From: Pseudobdellovibrionaceae bacterium
GTDB lineage: Bacteria; Bdellovibrionota; Bdellovibrionia; Bdellovibrionales; JAGQZY01
Length of the DNA stretch: 64,000 nt
Assembly: GCA_020635085.1 (NCBI GenBank)
Contig: JACKAL010000004.1
Coordinates: forward strand, 30,732-94,731
Reading direction: 5' to 3'
A model generated the notes under the pieces. It was not told the DNA's origin. It worked only from the letters and a program-made list of their open reading frames with translations, and made no database searches. How positions within the stretch are numbered: the stretch's first letter is position 1; each line of letters starts with the position of its first letter. Below, piece by piece: positions 9,375-18,607 of this stretch. A program made the translations under genes and the position numbers.

Positions 9375-10103
9375 TTAAGCTGATGTGCGCGCATCTTGTT
9401 CCACACGCGCACATAATTCTGGCAAACTTCTATAAAGCTGCTCTGGATTCTCTAAACAAAATAATATTTTTTGCATTTCATCAATACGAAACTCTTGCTT
9501 ACGAATGTGGTCAATATCAAAAGGATAAACAGTCGGTGCATCACTCAAAGCATAATCACACTCACCCGTAGACGAGGCAATGCCGGCGCCAAAAATGCGT
9601 ACACCTTGCGTGGTTTTTACCAAACCAAATTCCACTGTAAACCAAAAAAACCGCTCAAACTGTCGTAACAATTCTGGTCGGTCCGCGTATCGTGAAGCCG
9701 CTTTACCAAATTCATAGGAAAAGTCCGAATAAGCTTTATCTGTATAAAATGGTAGGTGACCATAAAGATCATGGACGATATCAGGCGCAGGCGTATAACT
9801 TAAATCTTCGCGGCTGCGAATAAAATTTCCTACGGGAAACTGACGCTCTTCTAGCATGTGATAAAAGCTATTTCCCTCTTCAAGGCCTTCCACCAACACA
9901 CCCTCAAACCCCGTTCTCCGCATAAGAACTTTATTGATCTCTTCTAAGTCGGGAATTTCATCCTCGTTGATATCAAGAATTTCTAGACCCTTTAAAAAAA
10001 TATCACAGACCTGTGAATCTCGTTTTTTGCGGTGCTCGCTTAAAATCACGCGCCACGTTTCGAGATCCTCAGTTGTATATTTTTTAGGGGCAACGGCTTT
10101 CAC
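9375..10103 (-). CDS. phhA: phenylalanine 4-hydroxylase (biopterin-dependent aromatic amino acid hydroxylase)
   Basis: PDIVHDLYGHLP iron-binding region, and it aligns colinearly with my recollection of bacterial PhhA. The GTG start at 10103 overlaps the hppD TAG by 1 nt. Confidence 0.85.
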   Translation of the reverse strand: MKAVAPKKYTTEDLETWRVILSEHRKKRDSQVCDIFLKGLEILDINEDEIPDLEEINKVLMRRTGFEGVLVEGLEEGNSFYHMLEERQFPVGNFIRSREDLSYTPAPDIVHDLYGHLPFYTDKAYSDFSYEFGKAASRYADRPELLRQFERFFWFTVEFGLVKTTQGVRIFGAGIASSTGECDYALSDAPTVYPFDIDHIRKQEFRIDEMQKILFCLENPEQLYRSLPELCARVEQDARTSA

Positions 10104-11134
10104 TACAGTACCCCTCGCTTCATTTGATCGCGTTCTATAGAATCAAACAGTGCTTGGAAGTTTCCTTCGCCAAAGGATAGATGATTGTTACGTTGAATCA
10201 TCTCTATAAAAATAGGACCAACTAATTTTTTAGTGAATATTTGTAGCAAATAACCTTCGTCATCACCGTCAACCAGGACATTTAAGTCTTGGATCAACGT
10301 GCGATCTTCCTTAACGTCGGGAACACGTTTGAAGGCCTTTTCGTAATAACCAGGACTGATATCTAATGTTTCAATACTTGTACCTTTAAGCATCTGCAAA
10401 GAACTTAGTAAGTCATCCGTAAGGAAAGCCAAATGCTGAACGCCTGGTCCGTGGTACTCTTCCAAGTATTCATTAATTTGTGACTTGGCCTCATCAGCTT
10501 CGTTGATGGGAATACAGAATTGTCCACAAGGCGAACGCAGAGCATAGGAAGTCAGACCAGTTTTTTGTCCTTTAATGTCAAAGTAACGGACTTCCTCAAA
10601 ACCAAAAATATCTTTATAAAAAGAAGCCCACTGCTGCATAGTTCCCTTGAATACATTGTTAGTTAAGTGATCGATTGTTAAGAAACCTTTATCGGGAGCA
10701 CGGATAGGATCTTGAACCGGAATAAAATCAAGATCGATATCATCCTCTTTCTTTACAAAATAGATGAGACTATCGCCAATTCCGTAAATCGCCCGTACAG
10801 GAGTTCCATCGTCATGCGTGTAATCTCCTTCGGTACAAGCCTTCGCACCTCTTTTGATCGCTTCCTGAAAAGCCGCTTCAGGATCGCTGAACATCCAACC
10901 CATCGCAGAAATAGAAGGGCCATGCTTTTTTTGAAATTGTGCTCCAAAAGAGTTGGGCTCGTAATTGAGTAAAAAATGAATTTGGTTTTGACGATAATGA
11001 TCAATATGTTTCTTTGTGTGTTTAGAAAGCTTTGAAAAACCAAAGTCTACAAACAAGCGGTGCAACACATTGGGGTTGGAACTGCTAAATTCGACAAATT
11101 GAATACCGCTAAGACCTAAGGGATTGGAACTCAT
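10103..11134 (-). CDS. hppD: 4-hydroxyphenylpyruvate dioxygenase
   Basis: 343 aa with GVQHLAF and the C-terminal QIFT...GPIFIEMIQR...FGEGNFQALFDSIERDQMKRG signature of HPPD. Confidence 0.9.
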   Translation of the reverse strand: MSSNPLGLSGIQFVEFSSSNPNVLHRLFVDFGFSKLSKHTKKHIDHYRQNQIHFLLNYEPNSFGAQFQKKHGPSISAMGWMFSDPEAAFQEAIKRGAKACTEGDYTHDDGTPVRAIYGIGDSLIYFVKKEDDIDLDFIPVQDPIRAPDKGFLTIDHLTNNVFKGTMQQWASFYKDIFGFEEVRYFDIKGQKTGLTSYALRSPCGQFCIPINEADEAKSQINEYLEEYHGPGVQHLAFLTDDLLSSLQMLKGTSIETLDISPGYYEKAFKRVPDVKEDRTLIQDLNVLVDGDDEGYLLQIFTKKLVGPIFIEMIQRNNHLSFGEGNFQALFDSIERDQMKRGVL

Positions 11135-11286
11135 AACTTTCTCCTTCTTTTTTTATCCATTCCCCAGGGGATTTATAAGGGGGTCTATTTAAAACCCAAT
11201 CTTATAGACCTACCCCTAGGGAGCTTTTCCTTAACTCTTTTATTTTACGAGATATATTGTCTAAAAAAAGATCATTTATTAGATGT

Positions 11287-11311
11287 AATATGTCAGTTTT
11301 TCTGACATATT
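11287..11311. promoter_or_regulatory. perfect inverted repeat, candidate LysR-type operator in the hppD/LysR divergent region
   Basis: AATATGTCAG-ttttt-CTGACATATT (10-bp arms). It sits 76 nt upstream of the LysR gene start. Confidence 0.5.
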
Positions 11312-11386
11312 AGAGAGGTACATCAGAGGGTATCTCTCACCAATGGTTCTGTCAGAGGTGCTCGTAAATAATGCATAGGAGTCCCC

Positions 11387-12265
11387 ATGTTCGATATAAC
11401 CATAGAACAGGCTAAAGCACTAGAGGCTGTCGTACGACTTGGTACCATTCAAAAGGCGGCCACCGAATTAAACAAAGGCCACTCCGCCATTCTCTACTCT
11501 TTAAAAAATCTTGAAGAACAGCTTAAGGTAAAACTCTTTGATCGCAGCGGCCACCGCAACAAAATTTCTCTAGAAGGCGAGATGGTCCTTAAATACTGTC
11601 GGAAAATTTTAGACACTCAACGAGAACTGGTTGAAACCTGTAAAAAGATGAACGAAGGTTGGGAGCCGTCTTTAAAAATTATCTATGATGAAATCGTCGA
11701 TTTTAATTTTATAGGTGATGCGCTATCAAAACTCAGCCAAAAAAATGCACCCATTGAAATGCGCGTGCAGTCTGCCCATCTGCATGAGGTGGAAGCTCTC
11801 TTCAGCGATGAAGAGGCGGATATCATGGTAACGATACTTCCATTACAAAAGCTCCAAATTCCATCACTGCAGCTGGCCCCGATTCACATGCACTTGGTCG
11901 CACATCACAAGCATCCCTTGTGCGATCCGCACCTCAAACACTTAACTTCAGAACAATTAAATGAATATACATTTATCACGATCAAAAGTGCACCGACGCA
12001 GGTGGGACTCAGCACGGAGAGAATGAAGTTTGACTCCTACTTTCTGGTTAATGGTTTCTTTACTAAAAAAGCAGCCATCATGAAACAATTGGGATTTGGT
12101 TGGCTTCCCGATTATCTGATCCAAAAAGAATTAAAAAAAGGTGAACTCAAGCTTTTAAAAACACAAATTGATCATTCACACACGGTATTCCCGCGCCTCT
12201 ATCATCGCCCTGAGGAAAAAATTGGCAAGTCGACGCGAGAGCTTCTGACATTGTTTAAAAAATAG
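11387..12265 (+). CDS. LysR-family transcriptional regulator
   Basis: N-terminal wHTH (LEAVVRLGTIQKAATELNKGHSAILYSLKNLEEQL) plus a LysR substrate-binding domain. Divergent from the hppD operon. Confidence 0.85.
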   Translation: MFDITIEQAKALEAVVRLGTIQKAATELNKGHSAILYSLKNLEEQLKVKLFDRSGHRNKISLEGEMVLKYCRKILDTQRELVETCKKMNEGWEPSLKIIYDEIVDFNFIGDALSKLSQKNAPIEMRVQSAHLHEVEALFSDEEADIMVTILPLQKLQIPSLQLAPIHMHLVAHHKHPLCDPHLKHLTSEQLNEYTFITIKSAPTQVGLSTERMKFDSYFLVNGFFTKKAAIMKQLGFGWLPDYLIQKELKKGELKLLKTQIDHSHTVFPRLYHRPEEKIGKSTRELLTLFKK

Positions 12266-12383
12266 AAGCCCATACCAGATTGAAAGCAAACTTCGAAAGT
12301 CGCTCATTGAGGGCTGTCAATAGTCAAAATTGACGTACAATCTAGATGTTACCACCTTAAGATAAGGCCGCCAGCTACACTTT

Positions 12384-12737
12384 TTATGCTTTTCTAACAA
12401 ACTCCGACTTTAAGTTGATCGAACCAATACCATCTATTTTACATGAGATATCATGACCATCGCCTGCATCGACTAAGCGAATGTTTTTAACCTTCGTACC
12501 GCTCTTAACAACAGAAGACGATCCTTTAATCTTTAGATCTTTAATCACGGTTACGGAATCACCGTCTTGCAAAACATTACCATTGGCATCACGAATTTGA
12601 TTATCTTCTTGAGACTCCGCATTTTCAGCTGAAGCATATGGGCTCCACTCATGCCCACACTCTGGACAAACCCAAAGATTTCCGTCTTGATAAATATGGG
12701 GACTTTGACATTTCGGACACAAAGACTCATCACTCAT
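12384..12737 (-). CDS. phnA: PhnA/YjdM zinc-ribbon protein
   Basis: CPKC...CPEC zinc ribbon plus the C-terminal [16 protein letters not shown]...[14 protein letters not shown] domain typical of YjdM. ATGA overlap with the upstream tlpA-like gene. Confidence 0.85.
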   Translation of the reverse strand: MSDESLCPKCQSPHIYQDGNLWVCPECGHEWSPYASAENAESQEDNQIRDANGNVLQDGDSVTVIKDLKIKGSSSVVKSGTKVKNIRLVDAGDGHDISCKIDGIGSINLKSEFVRKA

Positions 12738-13279
12738 TGGCTACCTCCAGCAACAGGACTAGTTTCATTTAAAAAATGGCGCAGGGTTCTCTCAATGAGC
12801 AGCGAAATCCCAGTTGAGACATCTACTACTTGGCCCTGATCAATAAAAATTGTCATCGGTGTTGCAACGACATCGAATTTGTTCGCCAGAATCCCTTCAT
12901 GATCTATGGCTAAAGGAAATGTGTACTCCCTTTTTTGCGCCGTCTTTAAAATGACATCTTTCTCCTCATAAGAAGAGACCACCAAGATATCCTTTGGCGA
13001 AACCTCCTTATTCTGTATTAGCTTTTGAACTCGGGCAAGCTCCAATCGACAGGGCCCGCACCATGTCGCCCAAAAAATTAAAACTTTCTTTTTATTAGGC
13101 ACCACTAATTGCTCAGGATGAATAGATCCATCTGGGTTCAAAATATTAACCTGTAGGTCTTCTACAGATGTTCCTTTTTGTGCGCTACTTTTTCGCCAAA
13201 GAGAAACTCTCTGAACAACGACCGCAACTAAAATCGCAACTAAGATGATATTAAAAATTTTATTTAATACCAAACTCAT
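12734..13279 (-). CDS. membrane-anchored TlpA/ResA-like thiol-disulfide oxidoreductase
   Basis: N-terminal TM helix and a WATWCGPC thioredoxin-fold active site. ATGA overlap with the DUF302 gene. Confidence 0.8.
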   Translation of the reverse strand: MSLVLNKIFNIILVAILVAVVVQRVSLWRKSSAQKGTSVEDLQVNILNPDGSIHPEQLVVPNKKKVLIFWATWCGPCRLELARVQKLIQNKEVSPKDILVVSSYEEKDVILKTAQKREYTFPLAIDHEGILANKFDVVATPMTIFIDQGQVVDVSTGISLLIERTLRHFLNETSPVAGGSQ

Positions 13280-13665
13280 AAACTATTAATAGCTAACTCG
13301 AGCTTCTTCTCTGCCTCTATCATCTTCTCGTTCGCTTTAATCTCTGGCAAAAACTGCATCATGGCGGAAGGACGCATGGCCTCAATGAGAACTTCGCCGT
13401 TTTCTTTTTCCGTCACGACAATATTGCAGGGGATCAATAACGCCACATCCGTTGCCTGCTGATAAGCATCGTAGGCTAAGCCAGGATTGCAGGCACCTAA
13501 GATAACCGTTGGTCGCATATCTTTATTGAGTTTTTCTTTTATTTTTTTATCAAAATCGATACGCGTAAGAATACCAAACCCAGCGGGCTTGATCGCTTCA
13601 ATAAGTTGCTCAATAACTGTATTCATATTTCCAGTAACATTTTTTTTAATCGCTAGCTCTTTCAT
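13276..13665 (-). CDS. DUF302 domain protein
   Basis: GFGILTRIDF...ILGACNPGLAY...LLIPCNIVV pattern. ATG at 13665 with a GGAGAA RBS, 1 nt after the osmC-like stop. The maximal ORF extends to 13710. Confidence 0.7.
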   Translation of the reverse strand: MKELAIKKNVTGNMNTVIEQLIEAIKPAGFGILTRIDFDKKIKEKLNKDMRPTVILGACNPGLAYDAYQQATDVALLIPCNIVVTEKENGEVLIEAMRPSAMMQFLPEIKANEKMIEAEKKLELAINSL

Positions 13666-13666
13666 A

Positions 13667-14110
13667 TTATTCTCCAAAATGACTGCGTCCTTCGTGAATG
13701 GGTTCACCATTTAAAACTATTTTATACGTAATCGGCAAAGCCTTACTTAACATGGCACTCACCCCACAATATTTTGTCTGAGACAATGTAACAGACTGAA
13801 TGAGTATTTCCTTATCGATATTACCTTTTAACAGGTATGTGAGAGTGGCACTTGAAAAGACTATCGGATGCCCTCCGCTTGATTTTTCGATATCAACCGT
13901 CATATCGAAAGACTCTACAGTTTGTTTATGTTTTTTAAGAAGTGCCGCAACATCCATCGCTGTACAACCACCGAGCCCAACAGCCACCAATTCTTTTGGC
14001 GTCATCCCTTTATCGTGTCCAAGGGGTGTCGCCGCATCCATCGTGACAGAATGCTCACCGCTACTTGCCGCAAACTCCATTGCGCCTTTCCAATTTAAAC
14101 TCACTTTCAT
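13667..14110 (-). CDS. OsmC/Ohr-family peroxiredoxin-like protein
   Basis: 147 aa with the two conserved Cys contexts LGGCTAMD and KYCGVS. Confidence 0.8.
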   Translation of the reverse strand: MKVSLNWKGAMEFAASSGEHSVTMDAATPLGHDKGMTPKELVAVGLGGCTAMDVAALLKKHKQTVESFDMTVDIEKSSGGHPIVFSSATLTYLLKGNIDKEILIQSVTLSQTKYCGVSAMLSKALPITYKIVLNGEPIHEGRSHFGE

Positions 14111-14266
14111 AAAATATACCTTTCTGAAATTTTATCGAGCCAGAGAGCATCTCACATACGCATGCTATAAAGACGTCTTTTTAGGCCTTATTAGATCACT
14201 CGATAAATTGTATTGTATTTTATATGATAAAAATATAATATGTCAATGTAAGGTGGGTAAAAAGAA

Positions 14267-14581
14267 ATGAAAGTGCAAATACCTGTTTCAATAAAAAAAA
14301 TGGAGAGATCCTGTGAGGATGTTAGCCAAGTGTTAAAATCTTTGGCGCATCCGCGTCGACTCCTCGTTCTCGGCCACCTTTCGAATGGAGATAAAACGGT
14401 AAATGAACTGGTCGATTTATGTGATGTTTCCCAATCGCAAATGTCACACTTTCTCATGCGACTCAGCTATGAAGGGCTCGTGAAATGTGAAAAAAATGGA
14501 CGTTATCGTGTTTACTCGATTGCTGACAAACGTTTAAAAAAACTTCTTGAAACGATTCAAAAAGAATACTGTGTAGGGTGA
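14267..14581 (+). CDS. ArsR/SmtB-family transcriptional regulator
   Basis: LKSLAHPRRLLVLGHL...VNELVDLCDVSQSQMSHFLMRL...RYRVYSI wHTH. Divergent from the osmC operon. Confidence 0.85.
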   Translation: MKVQIPVSIKKMERSCEDVSQVLKSLAHPRRLLVLGHLSNGDKTVNELVDLCDVSQSQMSHFLMRLSYEGLVKCEKNGRYRVYSIADKRLKKLLETIQKEYCVG

Positions 14582-14582
14582 C

Positions 14583-15185
14583 ATGATGAATCAGACATGG
14601 AATGAACGCTATAACACAGAAGATTATTACTATGGCAAAGAAGCGAATGACTTTTTAAAAGAAGCTTCTTCATACCTGAAGTCTCACTCAAAAATTCTTT
14701 GCCTCGCAGAGGGCGAAGGACGGAACGCCGTATTCCTTGCACGTCTCGGCCATCATGTGACTGCGCTTGATTATTCGAGCGTTGGGCAGCAAAAAACACA
14801 GAAACTGGCCAAAGAAAACAACGTCCACGTCGACTGTATCGAAGCGGATTTAACAACGTATAAATTAGAAAATGTGACATGGGACGTGATTGTTTCCATA
14901 TGGTGCCATATCCCAAGTGAAGCGCGTCATCGCCTCTATCAACAAATTGCCTCTTCGCTTAAGCCCGGAGGCTATTTTATTCTTGAAGCCTATACACCTC
15001 GCCAAATTCCCCTGAAGACCGGGGGCCCTAAAGACCCTGATTTCCTCCCGACAGAAGAGCAATTGAGAAAAGATCTTGCCTCCTTGCATCTTCTTAAATG
15101 CCAGGAAATACAGCGAGAAATTCATGAGGGAAGAGGGCATACGGGCTTCAGCGAAGTGGTCCAAACACTCGCACAAAAAATGTGA
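14583..15185 (+). CDS. class I SAM-dependent methyltransferase (TehB-like)
   Basis: Motif I ILCLAEGEGRNAVFLARLGHHVTALDYS and a Rossmann-like pattern. It starts 1 nt after the ArsR stop. Confidence 0.75.
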   Translation: MMNQTWNERYNTEDYYYGKEANDFLKEASSYLKSHSKILCLAEGEGRNAVFLARLGHHVTALDYSSVGQQKTQKLAKENNVHVDCIEADLTTYKLENVTWDVIVSIWCHIPSEARHRLYQQIASSLKPGGYFILEAYTPRQIPLKTGGPKDPDFLPTEEQLRKDLASLHLLKCQEIQREIHEGRGHTGFSEVVQTLAQKM

Positions 15186-15267
15186 AGATTTTTAAACACT
15201 TCTCATCGTGCCATCAGACAACAAATAATTTATAAGTAAATTATGGTCTTTAAAAAGGAGTGTTACA

Positions 15268-16041
15268 ATGTTTGAAAAAATATCTACCGATAAAAAAGAT
15301 GTCATAATTATTTCCGCGAAAGGCACAATAACTCCAGAGGACTATAATACCGTGCTGATTCCAACGTTTGAAAAATTGCACGCCGAGGGACATAAAGCCA
15401 GAATTCTTGTTCAGTTCGGACCCGAGTTTAAAGGTTATACGGTTGCTGCAGGATGGGAAGATTTTAAATTTGGTATGCATTACCTCACGTCCTTTGAGCG
15501 CTGTGCTCTCGTTACTGATATTGCCTGGATAAAAAATGTAACAAAAATGTTTCTTCCACTTATACCCTGCCCCGCCAAAATATTTGCCAATAACCAAATA
15601 GATGAGGCGAAAGCATGGATACAGTCTAAAGACATGCATCTTAGCTACGATCTCGATAAAGCTACTGGTGTCTTAAAAGTAGAAATTTCGGCACCCCTCA
15701 CTGCTGATGACTTCGAGGCCTTAGCACTAAAAGTAGATCCTTGGATACAAAAGAACGGAAAATTAAATGGCATTGTCATTCACGCCAATCACTTCCCCGG
15801 ATGGAAAGATCTCGGTAGCATGATTCAACATATTTCTTTTGTAAAAAACCACCATCAGAAAGTCGCACGCGTGGCTCTTTGTGCAGATGGAATTTGTCCA
15901 GAATTGGCCCCTATTGTGGCTAAACATTTTGTAGATGCTGAGATTAAACAGTTCGACTACAAAAATATTGCGGATGCCCTCGCCTGGGTATCTACAAAAG
16001 GGACGCATAAGAAAGAGCTGGAGCAGTCGAGAGCTCATTAG
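15268..16041 (+). CDS. tandem STAS/SpoIIAA-like (DUF3478-type) domain protein
   Basis: Two repeats of the G.IT.EDY...GW.D.KFG...F.R.A.V.D..W pattern. AAGGAG RBS present. Confidence 0.65.
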   Translation: MFEKISTDKKDVIIISAKGTITPEDYNTVLIPTFEKLHAEGHKARILVQFGPEFKGYTVAAGWEDFKFGMHYLTSFERCALVTDIAWIKNVTKMFLPLIPCPAKIFANNQIDEAKAWIQSKDMHLSYDLDKATGVLKVEISAPLTADDFEALALKVDPWIQKNGKLNGIVIHANHFPGWKDLGSMIQHISFVKNHHQKVARVALCADGICPELAPIVAKHFVDAEIKQFDYKNIADALAWVSTKGTHKKELEQSRAH

Positions 16042-16169
16042 ACACTTCTTAGAAAAAAATCTATGTCACAACGTTTTGGTAACGATTGACTGAACCGTTA
16101 TTCGTCATTTACCTGAACCTCAACGAGTGTTATATTCAGAAAATTATAATACTTCGTTGAGGTGCATTG

Positions 16170-16454
16170 ATGATTTGGTCTGTATTTACTGCTACTTTCG
16201 TAACCATTTTTTTAGCCGAGCTCGGAGATAAAACACAATTTGCGGCTCTTGCCATCTCCTCTCAATCAAAATCAACCCTATCCGTATGGCTTGGTACAAT
16301 CATCGCACTTATGGTGGCGGGCAGTATCGGTGTTTTGTTCGGCTCTTTTCTTGGCAAACACATCGATCCACAAAAAATGAAATACGTATCAGGTGGAGCC
16401 TTTGGATTTTACTTAAAAAAAATTAGAACCAATATATCTTTGACCCGCATATAG
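16170..16454 (+). CDS. UPF0016 (GDT1/TMEM165) family membrane protein, single-repeat form
   Basis: FLAELGDKTQ signature and about 3 TM segments. ATG at 16170 with a GAGGTG RBS. Confidence 0.7.
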   Translation: MIWSVFTATFVTIFLAELGDKTQFAALAISSQSKSTLSVWLGTIIALMVAGSIGVLFGSFLGKHIDPQKMKYVSGGAFGFYLKKIRTNISLTRI

Positions 16455-16626
16455 CTTTCTAAAACACGCTCTAAGCATGAAACGTTTGCCGCACAAGTGA
16501 GTAAACGGATGGTACGATTTTATGAGAAACATGTGTTAAAAATTCCCTCCGTAATATCCTAACACGACTTTCTATGTTTTTTTGAGAATGTATCTTCTTG
16601 CTGCTTATTTTTGTTCTTATATGTCT

Positions 16627-17433
16627 CTATGCTGTCAAACGCAGAATCTGATCTCCGAGAATAAATAGACCCACTAGCAATACAAAAAACCCAAACCCCT
16701 GCTTAAGGCGATGTTCTTTTACATATGGCGAAAATATATATCCTACAAATAATCCCAAGAAACCCAGCAGAGTTACTGTAATTAGCAGTTGCCAATTTAC
16801 AACAAGATCTTCATTGATCGAAATAAAAAAACCAAACAACGAATTGGCTGCAATAATAGCTAAAGATGTTCCCACTGCTACACGCATGGAAAGATTAAGA
16901 AGTAAAACCAAGGCGGGAATAATTAAAAAACCCCCACCTGCCCCCACAAAACCAGTCGTACAACCTACTAAAAATCCCTTTATAACGATATTAAAATTGT
17001 ACCCCTCTCCAAGAACAATGCTTTGTTTTTTATATTTTCCTGATTGAATCATAGAACGCGCTGCAAGGATCATGAGAATAGAAAAACTCGCTAAAATAAG
17101 AATCGATTTTGTAACCACCAAATCCATCGGTAAAGAAATTTGATCCGGAATAAAAGGTAAAATAAATCGTCGAGCGACAAAAACGCCAAAAAAACTCGGT
17201 ACCGCAAAAAGAATTCCTGTTTTAAAATCAACCAGCTTTCTTTTTATATTAAGGGCCGCGCCAAATAATGCAGTTGCACCGACAACAAATAGAGAATCGG
17301 TTGTCGCCGAAATACCATCCAAATTAAAAAAATACACCAAAATCGGCACTGTGAGTATAGAACCACCACCCCCAATAAGTCCGAGAGAAAGGCCCATCGC
17401 AACTGCTGCAAGATATCCTAAGTACTCTATCAT
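16627..17433 (-). CDS. TauE/SafE (TSUP) family sulfite/organosulfur exporter
   Basis: 268-aa polytopic protein with duplicated 4-TM halves and GGG motifs, located directly downstream of the persulfide dioxygenase gene. Confidence 0.8.
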   Translation of the reverse strand: MIEYLGYLAAVAMGLSLGLIGGGGSILTVPILVYFFNLDGISATTDSLFVVGATALFGAALNIKRKLVDFKTGILFAVPSFFGVFVARRFILPFIPDQISLPMDLVVTKSILILASFSILMILAARSMIQSGKYKKQSIVLGEGYNFNIVIKGFLVGCTTGFVGAGGGFLIIPALVLLLNLSMRVAVGTSLAIIAANSLFGFFISINEDLVVNWQLLITVTLLGFLGLFVGYIFSPYVKEHRLKQGFGFFVLLVGLFILGDQILRLTA

Positions 17434-17446
17434 GTTATCAAAACTA

Positions 17447-18490
17447 CTATTTAATTATGGGATACTTTAATTCATTCCAATAGAGCATTCCGCCTACCAT
17501 ATTCGCAGTATGTTTATACCCCATTTGCAAACTTTGCATTGTGGCCTGTCCTGAACGTCCACCGCTACGACACACAAAAACGATTTCTTCGTCACGATCA
17601 CTGTGCTCTAAAAAGCGCATTAAAGGCTCTCCAAGAGTGACCAATTCTGCTCCTTCTATATGACCAAGTTCGGCATTGAATTCTTCCGGCCGACGCACAT
17701 CAATGAGTCGTACTCGACCTAAAACTTTTTGCACATTTGCGGCAGACACTTCTGGAACACCATCATTTTTTACGGGATGCAATACATGTTGTTGTTTGGC
17801 CACTCCACAAGATAAATTTGCTGGCACCGCCTCGTGAATTTTCTTTGGATGAGCAAGTTTTAATTCTGACATTGTTTTAACAAACTGCTCTTTTGAAGTT
17901 CCCTTTTCAATGCGAGGATTATAATGCATCTCTAAGCCAATGGTTGATTTTGTTTGTCCGCGATAATCGTGGCCAGGATAAACCTCTGTTGTTTCTGGCA
18001 GTGTGTAAAGTTTATTCTGAATGCTATCATATAATTTTGCAGAAGACCCTTGCTGAAAATCAGTACGTCCGGTTCCGCGAATAAGAAGAGCATCACCAGT
18101 AAAAACTTTCCCATCAAAGACAAAACTCATACAGGAATCAGTATGTCCTGGTGTTGCAAGTGCAATAATTTTTTTATCACCCAACGTTAACTCCTGACCA
18201 TCCTTTAAGGGAATATCGACACAGTTGACTTTGGCCTCTTCGCTCACTGCTGTTTTCGCATCTGTTCGTTTTCTGATCTCGCCTGCTGCCGTAATATGAT
18301 CAGCATGGATATGGGTATCAAGAACATATTTTAATTTTAATCCTAGTTCCTTAACTAAATTTAAATCCCGATCCATAGTTTCTGCGACGGTATCAATCAA
18401 CGCAGCTTCTTTGGTTACTGGATCAGCAATGAGATATGTGTATGTAGATGTTTCACTCTCAAAGAGCTGATAAAATAAATTTGATGACAT
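17447..18490 (-). CDS. persulfide dioxygenase (ETHE1/Blh-type MBL fold) fused to a rhodanese domain
   Basis: THIHADH metal motif and an ETHE1-like core. C-terminal rhodanese domain with the active-site loop CRSGGRS. Confidence 0.85.
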   Translation of the reverse strand: MSSNLFYQLFESETSTYTYLIADPVTKEAALIDTVAETMDRDLNLVKELGLKLKYVLDTHIHADHITAAGEIRKRTDAKTAVSEEAKVNCVDIPLKDGQELTLGDKKIIALATPGHTDSCMSFVFDGKVFTGDALLIRGTGRTDFQQGSSAKLYDSIQNKLYTLPETTEVYPGHDYRGQTKSTIGLEMHYNPRIEKGTSKEQFVKTMSELKLAHPKKIHEAVPANLSCGVAKQQHVLHPVKNDGVPEVSAANVQKVLGRVRLIDVRRPEEFNAELGHIEGAELVTLGEPLMRFLEHSDRDEEIVFVCRSGGRSGQATMQSLQMGYKHTANMVGGMLYWNELKYPIIK

Positions 18491-18577
18491 TTCCTTCCCC
18501 TTTATAATTATTTTAAACTTATATATTACGATATTGTCATATGTAGAGCAAGCATTATTTTTTATCTTATTTTTTTA

Positions 18578-18607
18578 AGAGTCTGTCCAAGGAGTGGTGT
18601 GTTATTA
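18578..18607 (-). repeat. 30-nt intergenic motif, copy 2 (28/30 identical to copy 1, opposite strand)
   Basis: The minus strand reads TAATAACACACCACTCCTTGGACAGACTCT. Its first TAA is the rhomboid stop codon. Confidence 0.8.

Noticed and set aside
14111-14266. A search for an ArsR operator shared between this divergent region and the PDO upstream region (18491-18604).
   Set aside because: Only short AT-rich words such as ATATGTCA/TGACAATAT are shared. These also occur at the LysR site and are not significant in AT-rich DNA.
13800-14270. A 156-aa + strand ORF.
   Set aside because: It is antisense to the well-supported OsmC gene and runs through the divergent promoter region. It has no motif.
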